Positions 45,001 through 53,722 of a DNA stretch of 64,000 bases are shown here, one piece after another. The notes beneath the pieces are model-generated. The model made no database searches and was not told the origin of the DNA. It saw only the letters and a program-made list of their open reading frames with translations. Origin of the DNA: Eledone cirrhosa (lineage: Eukaryota); assembly GCA_964016885.1 (NCBI GenBank), contig OZ024760.1, positions 28,458,001-28,522,000 on the forward strand, read 5' to 3'. The first letter of the stretch is position 1. Every line of letters starts with the position of its first letter. Made by a program: the position numbers and the translations under genes.

Positions 45001-46366
45001 GCTGACTGAGGATGTCCTTGTGTGGGGTATGGTCCTACCAGCTGACTGAGGATGTCCTTGTGTGGGGTATGGTCCTACCAGCTGACTGAGGATGTCCTTG
45101 TGTGGGGTATGGTACTACCAGCTGACTGAGGATGTCCTTGTGTGGGGTATAGTCCTACCAGCTGACTGAGGATGTCCTTGTGTGGGCTATGGTCCTACCA
45201 GCTGACTGAGGGTGTCCTTGTGTGGGGTATAGTCCTACCAGCTGACTGAGGATGTCCTTGTGTGGGGTATGGTCCTACCAGCTGACTGAGGATGTCCTTG
45301 TGTGGGGTATGGTCCTACCAGCTGACTGAGGATTTCCTTGTGTGGGGTATGGCCCTACCAGCTGACTGAGGATGTCCTTGTGTGGGGTATGTTCCTACCA
45401 GCTGACTGTGAGGATGTCCTTGTGTGGGTTATGGTCCTACCAGCTGACTGAGGATGTCCTTGTGTGGGGTATGGTCCTACCAGCTGACTGTGAGGATGTC
45501 GTTGTGTGGGGTATGGTCCTACCAGCTGACTCTGAGGATGTCCTTGTGTGGGGTATGGTCCTACCAGCTGACTGAGGATGTCCTTGTGTGGGGTATGGTC
45601 CTACCAGCTGACTGAGGATGTCCTTGTGTGGGGTATGGTCCTACCAGCTGACTGTGAGGATGTCCTTGTGTGGGGTATGGTCCTACCAGCTGACTGAGGA
45701 TGTCCTTGTGTGGGGTATGGTCCTACCAGCTGACTGAGGATGTCTTTGTGTGGGGTATGGTCCTACCAGCTGACTGAGGATGTCCTTGTGTGGAGTATGG
45801 TACTACCAGCTGACTGAGGATGTCCTTGTGTGGGGCATAGTCCTACCAGCTGACTGAGGATGTCCTTGTGTGGGGTATGGTCCTACCAGCTGACTGAGGA
45901 TGTCCTTGTGTGGGGTATAGTCCTACCAGCTGACTGAGGATGTCCTTGTGTGGGGCATGGTCCTACCAGGTGACTGAGGATGTCCTTGTGTGGGGTATAG
46001 TCCTACCAGCTGACTGAGGATGTCCTTGTGTGGGGTATGGTCCTACCAGCTGACTGTGAGGATGTCGTTGTGTGGGGTATAGTCCTACCAGCTGACTGTG
46101 AGGATGTCCTTGTGTGGGGTATGGTCCTACCAGCTGACTGAGGATGTCCTTGTGTGGGGTATGGTCCTACCAGCTGACTGAGGATGTCCTTGTGTGGGGT
46201 ATGGCCCTACCAGCTGACTGAGGATGTCCTTGTGTGGGGTATGGTCCTACCAGCTGACTGAGGATGTCCTTGTGTGGGGTATGGTCCTACCAGCTGACTG
46301 AGGATGTCCTGGTGTGGGGTATAGTCCTGTCAGTTGACTGAGGATGTCCTTATGTGGGATACAGTC
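1..46366. repeat. Giant tandem satellite, 40-bp monomer ACTGAGGATGTCCTTGTGTGGGGTATGGTCCTACCAGCTG (42-bp variants with +GT/+CT), ~1,140 copies, open at left edge
   Basis: Monomer read directly and continuously from base 1 to the degenerate last copy ...TATGTGGGATACAGTC at ~46366. No non-monomer insertion seen. Copy number is estimated from length/~40.6. Confidence 0.99.
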
Positions 46367-46454
46367 AAGCCAGTACACTCTAAGGAAGCATTTGAAACAC
46401 TGTTTTCAAAAACATGCTAAGACAACATGGGTTAATGTAGAATTATACTGAGCC
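46325..46454 (-). mobile_element. Decayed RTE-clade LINE ORF fragment continuous with the last satellite monomer
   Basis: Minus strand with frameshifts reads GS..STLT....HVFEN/CFKCFLRVYWLDCIPHKDILSQLTG. This resembles the RTE post-RT motif YGSETWTLT...FENxCLRRILxIxWxDxIxNxxILxxxG (manual comparison with recalled consensus only). Confidence 0.5.
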
Positions 46455-46584
46455 AATCCTAACTCTGATATATATTATATATAGACAATTCCGTAAATCA
46501 GGTGAGATATTTTCATTTTCTTAGTTCAAGATCTATTGTCATGTATTCCCATATATCAAGAACTAGTACTCACCAATTAACACC

Positions 46585-47115
46585 TGATGGCTGCCCTCTC
46601 GTTATCGAGTATGGCCATTGCACGATATACCATTATTAATAATTATCAATTAATTCTATCGTGCAATGCCTGTGCATGAAGATAAATTTTAAAGTGAGGA
46701 AAGACTGTGCACAGAGCCAATTCCACTCTCTGAGCGACAGTAGCTATAACCCGAAAAGAAGAAAAGATCAACATCATCGGTAACTACTGAGTCGCAGGAT
46801 TTATGTCGGAGTTATCCCAGTTTCCTGAGTTGCCTTCTCCTAGAAGAATGCCCTGACAAAGGCTAGGGGTCCTTCACTCCCAGTGGTTTAACTGCGCGGT
46901 ACATGTGTATATTTACACACTTTCAGATGGCCGTTGATTCTTATGAGTTCTTCCACCCTTTGTCAGGTTTTGTTTTTTGTCCTGCAGGGTGTCCAAAATG
47001 ACCCTCCTCACCAAGTAAACTTGGTGGGGTTGCCGGTTTAGTCGCTGACGACCCGACCATGTGACAGGTTGTACTGGGTTACATGTTACCAGTAGCACTC
47101 AAGAGTGACCCGACA
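46585..47115. repeat. Unclassified GC-richer interspersed repeat with several hairpins, possibly a retroposon UTR fragment
   Basis: Composition shift versus AT-rich flanks. Hairpins CATTGCACGATA/TATCGTGCAATG (46616-46668) and CCTCACCAAG/CTTGGTGGGG (~47006-47029). Confidence 0.35.
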
Positions 47116-47189
47116 TAATTAACACCTACCCCACCACTAACAACCACTTACAACAACAAACTGCTGTAAAAACACACAAAACATTAAAA

Positions 47190-47285
47190 ACAAATATTTA
47201 TTAGCAGTAGCACTAACACAGTGTGGTTCATAATAGAGATGTATATAAGCTCATATATGGTATATTTATGTATATTATATTAAAG

Positions 47286-47326
<41 letters not shown>

Positions 47327-47433
47327 CTTATATACACCTCTAATATAATATACATAAATATACCATATATGAGCTTATATACATCTCTATTATGAACCAC
47401 ACTGTGTTAGTGCTACTGCTAATAAATATTTGT
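47190..47433. repeat. Fold-back inverted duplication (~105-bp arms) around a (TA)n centre
   Basis: 47190-~47295 is the near-perfect reverse complement of ~47330-47433. Confidence 0.95.
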
Positions 47434-48151
47434 GAACTGCAAAGCATAAATGAACTAAGTGAGAAATTAGGAATAAGAGGGATCAGATGCTGTTTACTTG
47501 AGAGAAGACTATGTTGGTATGGCCACGTGATGTGCATGAAAGACGACAGCTGTATAAAAAAGTGTGGGGCGATCAAAATTGATGGAAGCTACGGAGTAGG
47601 TAGACCCAGAAAAACCTGGGACGCTTTGATAATTTCCGACCTTACACACTTACACCTCTCTAAGACAATGTCACTGGACCGAGATCTTTGGCGCTACGCA
47701 GTAATACAGAAGACCCGCCTTGCCTATGTACAAAGCGAAACCTACAGTCAGTAGGCACCTCTTAACCAAATATACACCCCAATCCACTACCCCTACCCTA
47801 TCCTCCCACTCCCACCAACACCACCCTCTCTCTGTAAAGTTGGTACCACAACATCTAGTCCAAATAAATGAGATAATGAGATCGAGATCGTGTAGGTGTC
47901 ACAACAAAAAAACACACAGTCCACGCTGTAATGTGGCCGTGTAGGTAACACGGTAAAAAGTTCCCAGTTCCACACTGTAAATGTGGTTGGTGTTAGGAAG
48001 GGCATCCAACCGTAGAAAACCTGCCAGATAGTCCTATATGAGTCAGACACGGTCACCCAACCTACCTTGTCTCAAGTGGGACAACTCCCGTCTAACCCAT
48101 GCTAGCGTGGAAGACAGACGTTAAACGATGATGATGATGATGATGATGATG
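47434..48151 (+). mobile_element. 5'-truncated RTE-clade LINE with (GAT)n tail
   Basis: Translation QSINELSEKLGIRGIRCCLLERRLCWYGHVMCMKDD...GRPRKTW matches the RTE C-terminal motifs RxxWxGHVxR and GRPxxxW. The 3' end is ...AGACGTTAAAC(GAT)n. It is homologous to 53170-53665. Confidence 0.9.
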
Positions 48152-48252
48152 ATATGTGTATATTATATTAGAGATGTATATAAGGGTATATATATATTTA
48201 TGTATATTATGTGGTGTATATATAGATATCTATATATATTTATGTATATTAT

Positions 48253-48345
48253 AATGGTTTCTGGTTTAGGCACAAGGCCAATAATTTTTTTGGGGGAGAG
48301 CAAAGTCGATTAAATCGACTCCAGTACGTTACTGGTATTTTTACC
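48253..48345 (-). mobile_element. SINE 3' fragment (same family as 48443-48957, opposite orientation)
   Basis: Reverse complement matches the TACCAGT..CTGGAGTCGATTTAATCGACT...TTGGCCTTGT segment of the adjacent SINE. Confidence 0.7.
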
Positions 48346-48442
48346 GGCTCTGTAAAGATAACAAACATTCATAACGATTATATCACAGCTTAAATTATTT
48401 ATAGCGAGACTCTCATATATTTATTATACATACACATACAAG

Positions 48443-48957
48443 GGTGACGGATTGGCAGAATCGGTAAAGCGTCGGACACCATGCTTTACGGCATAGAGTT
48501 ATGGCCCTTTGCCGTCTGAGTTCAAATCCCGCCGAGGTTAACTTTGGTTAAATTTATTTTTCATCCTTACTAGATCAATATAATAAAGCACCAGTGATGC
48601 ACTGGGGTCTATTTAATCGACTCCTCCGTTCTTTGCGGCATAAAGTTATGGCCCTTTACGTTCTGAGTTCAAATCCCGTTATTTGGTTAACTTTGCTTTT
48701 TATCCTTACGGGATCGATAAAATAAAGTACCAGTAATGCACTGGAGTTTATTTAATCCACTCTTCCGTTCTTTGTGGCATAGAATTATGTACCTTTACGT
48801 TCTGAGTTCAAATTCCGTTAATTTAGTTAGCTTTGCTTTTTATCCTTACGGGGTCGATAAAATAAGGTACCAGTAATGCACTGAAATCGATTTAACTAAT
48901 TCTTCCGTTCCCCCAAATTGTTGGCCTTGTCTACAAATGTAGAAATCGTTATACATA
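48443..48957 (+). mobile_element. tRNA-derived SINE with internal ~140-bp segment triplicated
   Basis: A-box-like TGGCAGAATCGG head. B-box GAGTTCAAATCC present three times. Units start at ~48484, 48631 and 48770. Confidence 0.8.
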
Positions 48958-49353
48958 AACATTAGTATATATACTTTTATATATACTCCTATCAAAATAT
49001 GACAATCTAAAAAAAAATATTTCATGAACATAATCGTAATCTTCACATTAGACAATGTCTGTTTGAAAAATATGAATCATTAAGCAATATTTAAAACGAC
49101 ATAACAACAGTTTATTGTCCCCGGCACTTGACTTTGTTTACTAATAACTTTCATAATAATGCAATAATTTACAGACATCTCTCAAAAGTGTTTGATTGCC
49201 ATATTATAAAATTACATCCGAAAAAAATTGACATTTCCTTCACGGAAATGTCCGGATGTTGTGTTAGATCGATAAAAACGAAGAATTATGAATCTTTCAG
49301 ACAAAAGAGAGAAAATAGTTTAAAAAGAGATTTATATTTAGAGAACCACTCAC

Positions 49354-49406
49354 TCCAGTTTGAAATCAAAATCTCCCTCGACGTCAATTTCCACATCGTC
49401 TGCCAT
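49354..49406 (-). CDS. MYSM1: Probable first coding exon of a MYSM1-like histone H2A deubiquitinase (MADDVEIDVEGDFDFKL + 2 nt)
   Basis: Strong invertebrate Kozak context CAAAATGGC, 53-nt open frame, canonical donor GA|GTGAGT (phase 2). The acidic motif resembles the recalled MYSM1 N-terminus (MAAEEADVDIEGD). Gene identity rests on 17 aa only. Confidence 0.55.
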
Positions 49407-49632
49407 TTTGAAACACTATTTTTACCTCCCCAACAACAAAGAGTTCGCCATGTGAGCAAGTAACGTCTTTAGAGAAGAGTTTAATACTATTGATTTTTTA
49501 AAGATAGGATTATAAGGCAGGGCTCAGCTGTACTTTATCGTTCCATATGCCACATAGGCAAAAGGCGAGACTCAACTATATTTTAGCATCTCTTAACACA
49601 TAAACACTAAGCAAAATACTGTACTTGTTTAC

Positions 49633-49778
49633 TCTAACACATAGGGGACGCTAAAGTGCAGTTGTGCCTATGTGTTAGGGGACGCTAAAGTGCAGTTGTG
49701 CCTAACACATAGGCATAACTGCACTTTAGCGTCCCCTAATACATAGGCACAACTGCACTTTAGCGTCTCCTAACACAT
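49633..49778. repeat. Composite direct + inverted repeat (two forward and two inverted ~30-35-bp units)
   Basis: TAGGGGACGCTAAAGTGCAGTTGTGCCTA x2, followed by TAGGCA(C/T)AACTGCACTTTAGCGTC(C/T)CCTA x2, interleaved with AACACA. Confidence 0.9.
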
Positions 49779-50019
49779 ATCAGATATCGCGGGGAGCACT
49801 GGAACCTCTCTAATAATTTGGAGGCAAGCCAGCACGCTCGCAGCGTTACCTCAAGTGATGGCGAGGCTGATACATTGGAACAGCCAAGCGGCCTCACGAG
49901 CATTACCAGTTACATCTGTGAGGCGAGCCGCCAGTGGTGACAAGGACCTCGCAGTCAGCGGCCCGACTCCCCCGCGACGTCTTGCACGTCACAGGCTGGA
50001 AAAAGTTTGTTAACTGTCA

Positions 50020-50400
50020 GATCTGGTTTGAATAGAAAGAGGTGAGAGAATTCTGGCCTGATATGTCCGGTTTAACTTGGACCCCGTACTGCCGAACTCC
50101 TCCACAAGATCGGAGCATCGGCGGTCCGTCTGAGGAGGGAGCTCCGCGAGGTTGGGTGGCTGTTGCAGTGGGTGTCACTGGCCATCGTCCGCGGAAATGC
50201 TTTTGCTCAAAGCCCAATCACCCTCCTCCTTCACCCCTCTTCTGCGACACCAGAGCTCTTGCCCTCCCGTTCCTTTTCTTCTTACTAAATAAGGTTTGTT
50301 TATTCACAGAATAAGAAGTTTGGTGACAAAGTATTTTAACACTGAAAACAAAAACATTCTATGATTAAAGATGTACCAGCCATAAATGTTAAAAGGTTAA
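50020..50400. mobile_element. Partial piggyBac-type MITE (same family as 54919-55121) interrupted by a ~260-bp GC-rich insert
   Basis: CTGGTTTGAATAGAAAGAGGTGAGAGAATTCTGGCC is shared with 55058-55093. It ends AAATGTTAAAAGG-TTAA. The insert 50077-50334 is flanked by TTTAAC on both sides. Confidence 0.65.
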
Positions 50401-50439
50401 GGGAACACTTTTATCTGGTCAAATATGTGACGACCTCTT

Positions 50440-50720
50440 TAGTACTAGTGCCACGATAAAATACACTCAGTACATCCTGTAAAGTGTTGGTGCCTTGATA
50501 GAATATACCAAGTCAACTGTAGAAAGTGGTTGTGCTAGTATCGCAAAAACAATGTACCCAGTAAACACTCTAAAGTGGGTTTGTTAGGAAGGGTATGCAG
50601 CCATAGAAGCTATGTCAAATATGTAAAGTATAAGCAAGATAAGGTCGCTCCGATATGTCTGATCTTGGACTAATAACCTGTCCAACACATGCCATTGTGG
50701 AAAGTATGTGTAAAATGAGG
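50440..50720 (+). mobile_element. Degraded RTE-tail retroposon (SINE or LINE 3' UTR)
   Basis: Motifs GTGCCACG..., AAAGTGGTTGTGCT, GTTAGGAAGGG and CCATTGTGGAAA are shared with the 3' ends at 47950-48151, 53505-53665 and 58075-58248. Confidence 0.6.
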
Positions 50721-50977
50721 GAGGTTAGATTTTTTTTAATTTATTACCTGTATGTATAACTTTTCAAAACCAACTCCATGTCCTAAGCTGATTTTGATGT
50801 GTAAAATTGGGGGTTTGCTGTTTGATGTGTATTCTAATTTCTTCATCTATGAGGGGTCGCTCAAAACTTGAAATGCTCCGGGACCCCCATGGTCCAAACC
50901 CTTCCCTGGCCAGGAGTAATGGAAAATAGTAAATTGTGTGGAAACTTTGTCAGGAATGTTTCAATGTGGTTCTTCGA

Positions 50978-51014
50978 AAGAAAACCAAGATATTGACAAT
51001 ATCTTGGTTTTCTT
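50978..51014. repeat. Perfect 37-bp palindrome (18-bp arms, 1-nt loop)
   Basis: AAGAAAACCAAGATATTG A CAATATCTTGGTTTTCTT. Confidence 0.95.
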
Positions 51015-51129
51015 CCTTTACCGAAACGAATAAGTTTCATTTTAACTCGGATACTTCAGAACTATTTTTTTGTTTGTTATTATTATAAATCCATTGTGCA
51101 TGTGTTATACGACAAGAAGAAGAAGATTT

Positions 51130-51548
51130 TTGGCCGCAACAGACGACCCGCGGTCCACAATTTGGCCTGCCAGATCAGACAGAGTGGCCCGCGATTACTG
51201 TTTTTAATTTTTATCTTGTAGGCTTATTTACAATTTTTTTCGTAACCGTAATACATTTTTCTGTTAGTTGACCTAAAGGGCTTCACTGATAGGGTTGTGT
51301 GTGTTATAATTTTCCAGTTCCATGTTATGGAAAGAAGTTGTAGTGAATCTTTGGAATAGTGCTCAATAAATATTAATGGCCCTAATAGTTGTTCTGATAG
51401 GGTTATGTGTGTTATAATTTCCCAGTTCCATGTTATGAAAAGAAATTGTAGTGAATCTTTGGAATAGTGCTTAATAAATATTAATGGCCCTAATAGTTGT
51501 TCCAATGTTCAAAAGTGGCCCACCAATGGAATATATTGCACACCCCTG
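51130..51548. mobile_element. hAT-like non-autonomous DNA transposon remnant containing a 108-bp tandem duplication (51286-51393 / 51394-51501)
   Basis: Subterminal GGCCCGCG-type motifs and a right end ...TTGCACACCCCTG. The duplication is read directly. Left TIR not identified. Confidence 0.5.
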
Positions 51549-52159
51549 TATTAGAGTATTAGATTTATGAAAATAAAACAAGGGACGTAATCTATGTTGT
51601 CTTGTTGAGGAATATAATGGGAAATAACTCTTCCGTTTGTGTCTAACTTCTCAGTTCCGAAGCTGTCTTATAAAGTCTATTGCACCCGAGCTAGGTGAGG
51701 AACTCAGTCCAGTGGAGTTGGGGGGTCGGGTAGTCAGTGGGTGTAAGGGAGCTGCCCTCCCCGCTAAATAGTTTATTAGAGACTGTCCTCTCAAGCCAGT
51801 GCCGAGTGATCCCAGTCATCTCATCGTCAAGTTTGAAATAAGAAACACCTTCAACTGTCTGCGACCACATGATCTTTCTCTCACTCTCCTCACCTCTCAC
51901 TTTAATCTTGTATGAAAAATGGTAAATGCCAGCAAAACAAAGAAAATAAAATGAAGATTATATATAAATATATATATAGTACGTATGTATACGTACATAC
52001 ATATATGTATACAGACGTACAGTAGTATGTATATATATCCATGCACACATATATATAACTGCCGTACTAAGAGTGAGAAATGAAATTTCGTTTCATTCTA
52101 TTCCATTTATATATATTAATTCAAAATATTAACAAAATAGGTATTCTTGTGATCAAGTA

Positions 52160-52226
52160 TATTTTATTATACATATTTCAGAGGTACTGAGTTAAGTTCA
52201 ACAGTACGTCCTCATCAGATGAAATA
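52160..52226 (-). ncRNA. Second (inverted) copy of the minimal hammerhead motif
   Basis: Minus strand TATTTCAT-CTGATGA-GGACGTACTG..CAGTACCTCT-GAAA-TATGTA-TA-ATAAAATA. One mismatch each in stems I and II. Confidence 0.6.
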
Positions 52227-52363
52227 AGATGATGCATGACATACCCTAACATAGTAGATGGTTTAGATTCAGCCAGGGTATGTCAGATAAAATAAGATCA
52301 TGCATGACATACCCTGACTGAATCTAAACCATCTACTATGTCAGGGTATGTCATGCATCATCT

Positions 52364-52429
52364 TATTTTATCTGATGAGGACGTACTGTTGAACTTAACT
52401 CAGTACTCTGAAATATGTATAATAAAATA
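52364..52429 (+). ncRNA. Minimal type I hammerhead ribozyme motif
   Basis: Stem I TATTTTAT(52364-71)/ATAAAATA(52422-29). Core CTGATGA (52372-78). Stem II GGACGTACTG/CAGTACTCT (one bulge, G-U first pair). GAAA (52410-13). Quasi-palindromic stem III loop TATGTA. UH = TA, with predicted cut after 52421. Confidence 0.65.
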
Positions 52430-52579
52430 TACTTGATCACAAGAATATCTATTTTGTTAATATTTTGAATTAATATTAATAACTCCGGAAAACCATTCGG
52501 TTGAGTGCTTCCAATCTATTGTAAAACTCATTCTTTGATTTATTCATTGAACCTTGTTTAACCTTTAAATATATATATA

Positions 52580-53665
52580 AATTCCAAACTTGGAAGCAGG
52601 GACTAGAAAGAAAGGGTCTCAAAGTCAACATGACAAAGACTAAGGTCCTTGTAAGTAGACAAGAAAACAGAACCCAGATCCTTGCTCAGTATGTAGGAAA
52701 GGTGTAGGTAGGAACTCCATTCTCTGCCCCAAATGCAAACAATGGGTACACAAGAGATGTAGCAGGATCTCAGGAAGCTTAATTAAGAATGTAGGCTTCA
52801 CATGCAGCAGCTGTGCTGGGACAGCAAGCAGCAAACAGCCACAGGAAACAAGTACCACCAATCTCTGGGAGGACTCTGTAGAAACAGTAGACAGCTTCTG
52901 CTACCTAGGTGACCGAATTAGCAGGGGAGGTGGGCGTTCAGAAAGTACAATAACTAGGGTAAGAACGGGATGGAAGAAGTTTAGGGAACTACTACCACTG
53001 CTAGCTGCAAAAGGCTTCTCCCTCAGAATGAAAGGCAGACTGTATGATGTGTGTATCCGAACACCAATGTTGCATGGTAGTGAGACCTGGGCGCTGAAGG
53101 TGGAAGACTTACGTAGATTAGAGAGAAACGAAGCTTGCATGCTCCGATTGATGTGTAACAGTAATATACATGAACGACAAAGCATAAATGAATTGAGAGA
53201 GAGACTGAGCATAAGAGGAATCAAATGCTGTGTGCAGGAGAGGCGGTTGCGCTGGTATGGACATGTGATGCGTATGAAGGATGACAGCTGCATAAAAAGG
53301 TGCAGAGCACTAGAAGTCGATGGAAACCGCGGAGTGGGGAGACCCAAGATGACCTGGGATGAGGTGATAAAAGCCGACCTTACCCAATTACATCTCTCAA
53401 AGGCAATGACACACGACCGTGACCTCTAGCGCCACGCAGTAATACAGAGTACCCGACCTCCCATGGGTACAAGCTGAAGCATATAGACAATATGCCCCCA
53501 CACCCCCCACTGCAAGGTGGTCGTGGAGGTGCCACGGCAAAAAAGCACCCAGCCCACACTGTATGAGCAAGGCATGGTCAGCCGACCAGACACTGCCCAC
53601 AACAGGACAACCCGTCTAACCCATGCTAGCATGGAAGAACGGACGTAAAACGGTGATGATGATGA
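52580..53665 (+). mobile_element. 5'-truncated RTE-clade LINE (RT C-terminus, Cys/His finger, 3' UTR, (GAT)n tail), disabled
   Basis: WKQGLERKGLKVNMTKTKV, CSVCRKGVGRNSILCPKCKQWVHKRC, FCYLGD, LHGSETW, ERRLRWYGHVMRM, GRPKMTW. In-frame stop at 53427. Candidate TSD TTTAAATATATATATA (52564-79 / 53678-93). Confidence 0.95.
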
Positions 53666-53681
53666 TTTATTAAAATATTTA

Positions 53682-53682
53682 A

Positions 53683-53722
<40 letters not shown>

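Larger units (their letters stand above)
52113..52476. mobile_element. 364-bp palindrome (~173-bp arms), probable Penelope-like pLTR/retrozyme remnant in inverted arrangement
   Basis: 52113-52285 is the reverse complement of 52305-52476 with few mismatches. Each arm carries a hammerhead motif. The palindrome is certain; the PLE assignment is inference. Confidence 0.65.

Noticed and set aside
1339-45575. Dozens of 60-110-aa ORFs (MSLCGVWSYQLT.../EDVLVWGMVLPAD...)
   Set aside because: Translations of the satellite, created wherever 42-bp variants postpone the TGA. No splice or domain evidence.
1-46366. CRISPR-like array
   Set aside because: Monomers are head-to-tail with no unique spacers, there are no cas genes, and the context is eukaryotic.
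1-46366. Hammerhead core CTGAGGA (CUGANGA) in every monomer
   Set aside because: No GAAA and no stem II/III in the monomer, so the catalytic core cannot form.
1-46366. G-quadruplex array
   Set aside because: Only one GGGG run per 40 bp with ~36-nt spacing, which does not fit a canonical intramolecular G4.
47045-47085. CTGACGA followed by a possible stem
   Set aside because: No downstream GAAA or stem I partner; not a hammerhead.
48950-49020. Candidate MYSM1 exon 2 after TTTTTTTTTAG at ~49006
   Set aside because: The phase-2 frame hits a stop within ~20 codons, with no good donor and no similarity.
49128-49463. 111-aa plus-strand ORF
   Set aside because: TTG start, AT-rich low-information sequence, and it overlaps the better-supported minus-strand exon.
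52901-53347. 148-aa minus-strand ORF and similar antisense ORFs (56898-57347, 47340-47576)
   Set aside because: Antisense shadows of RTE LINE fragments.
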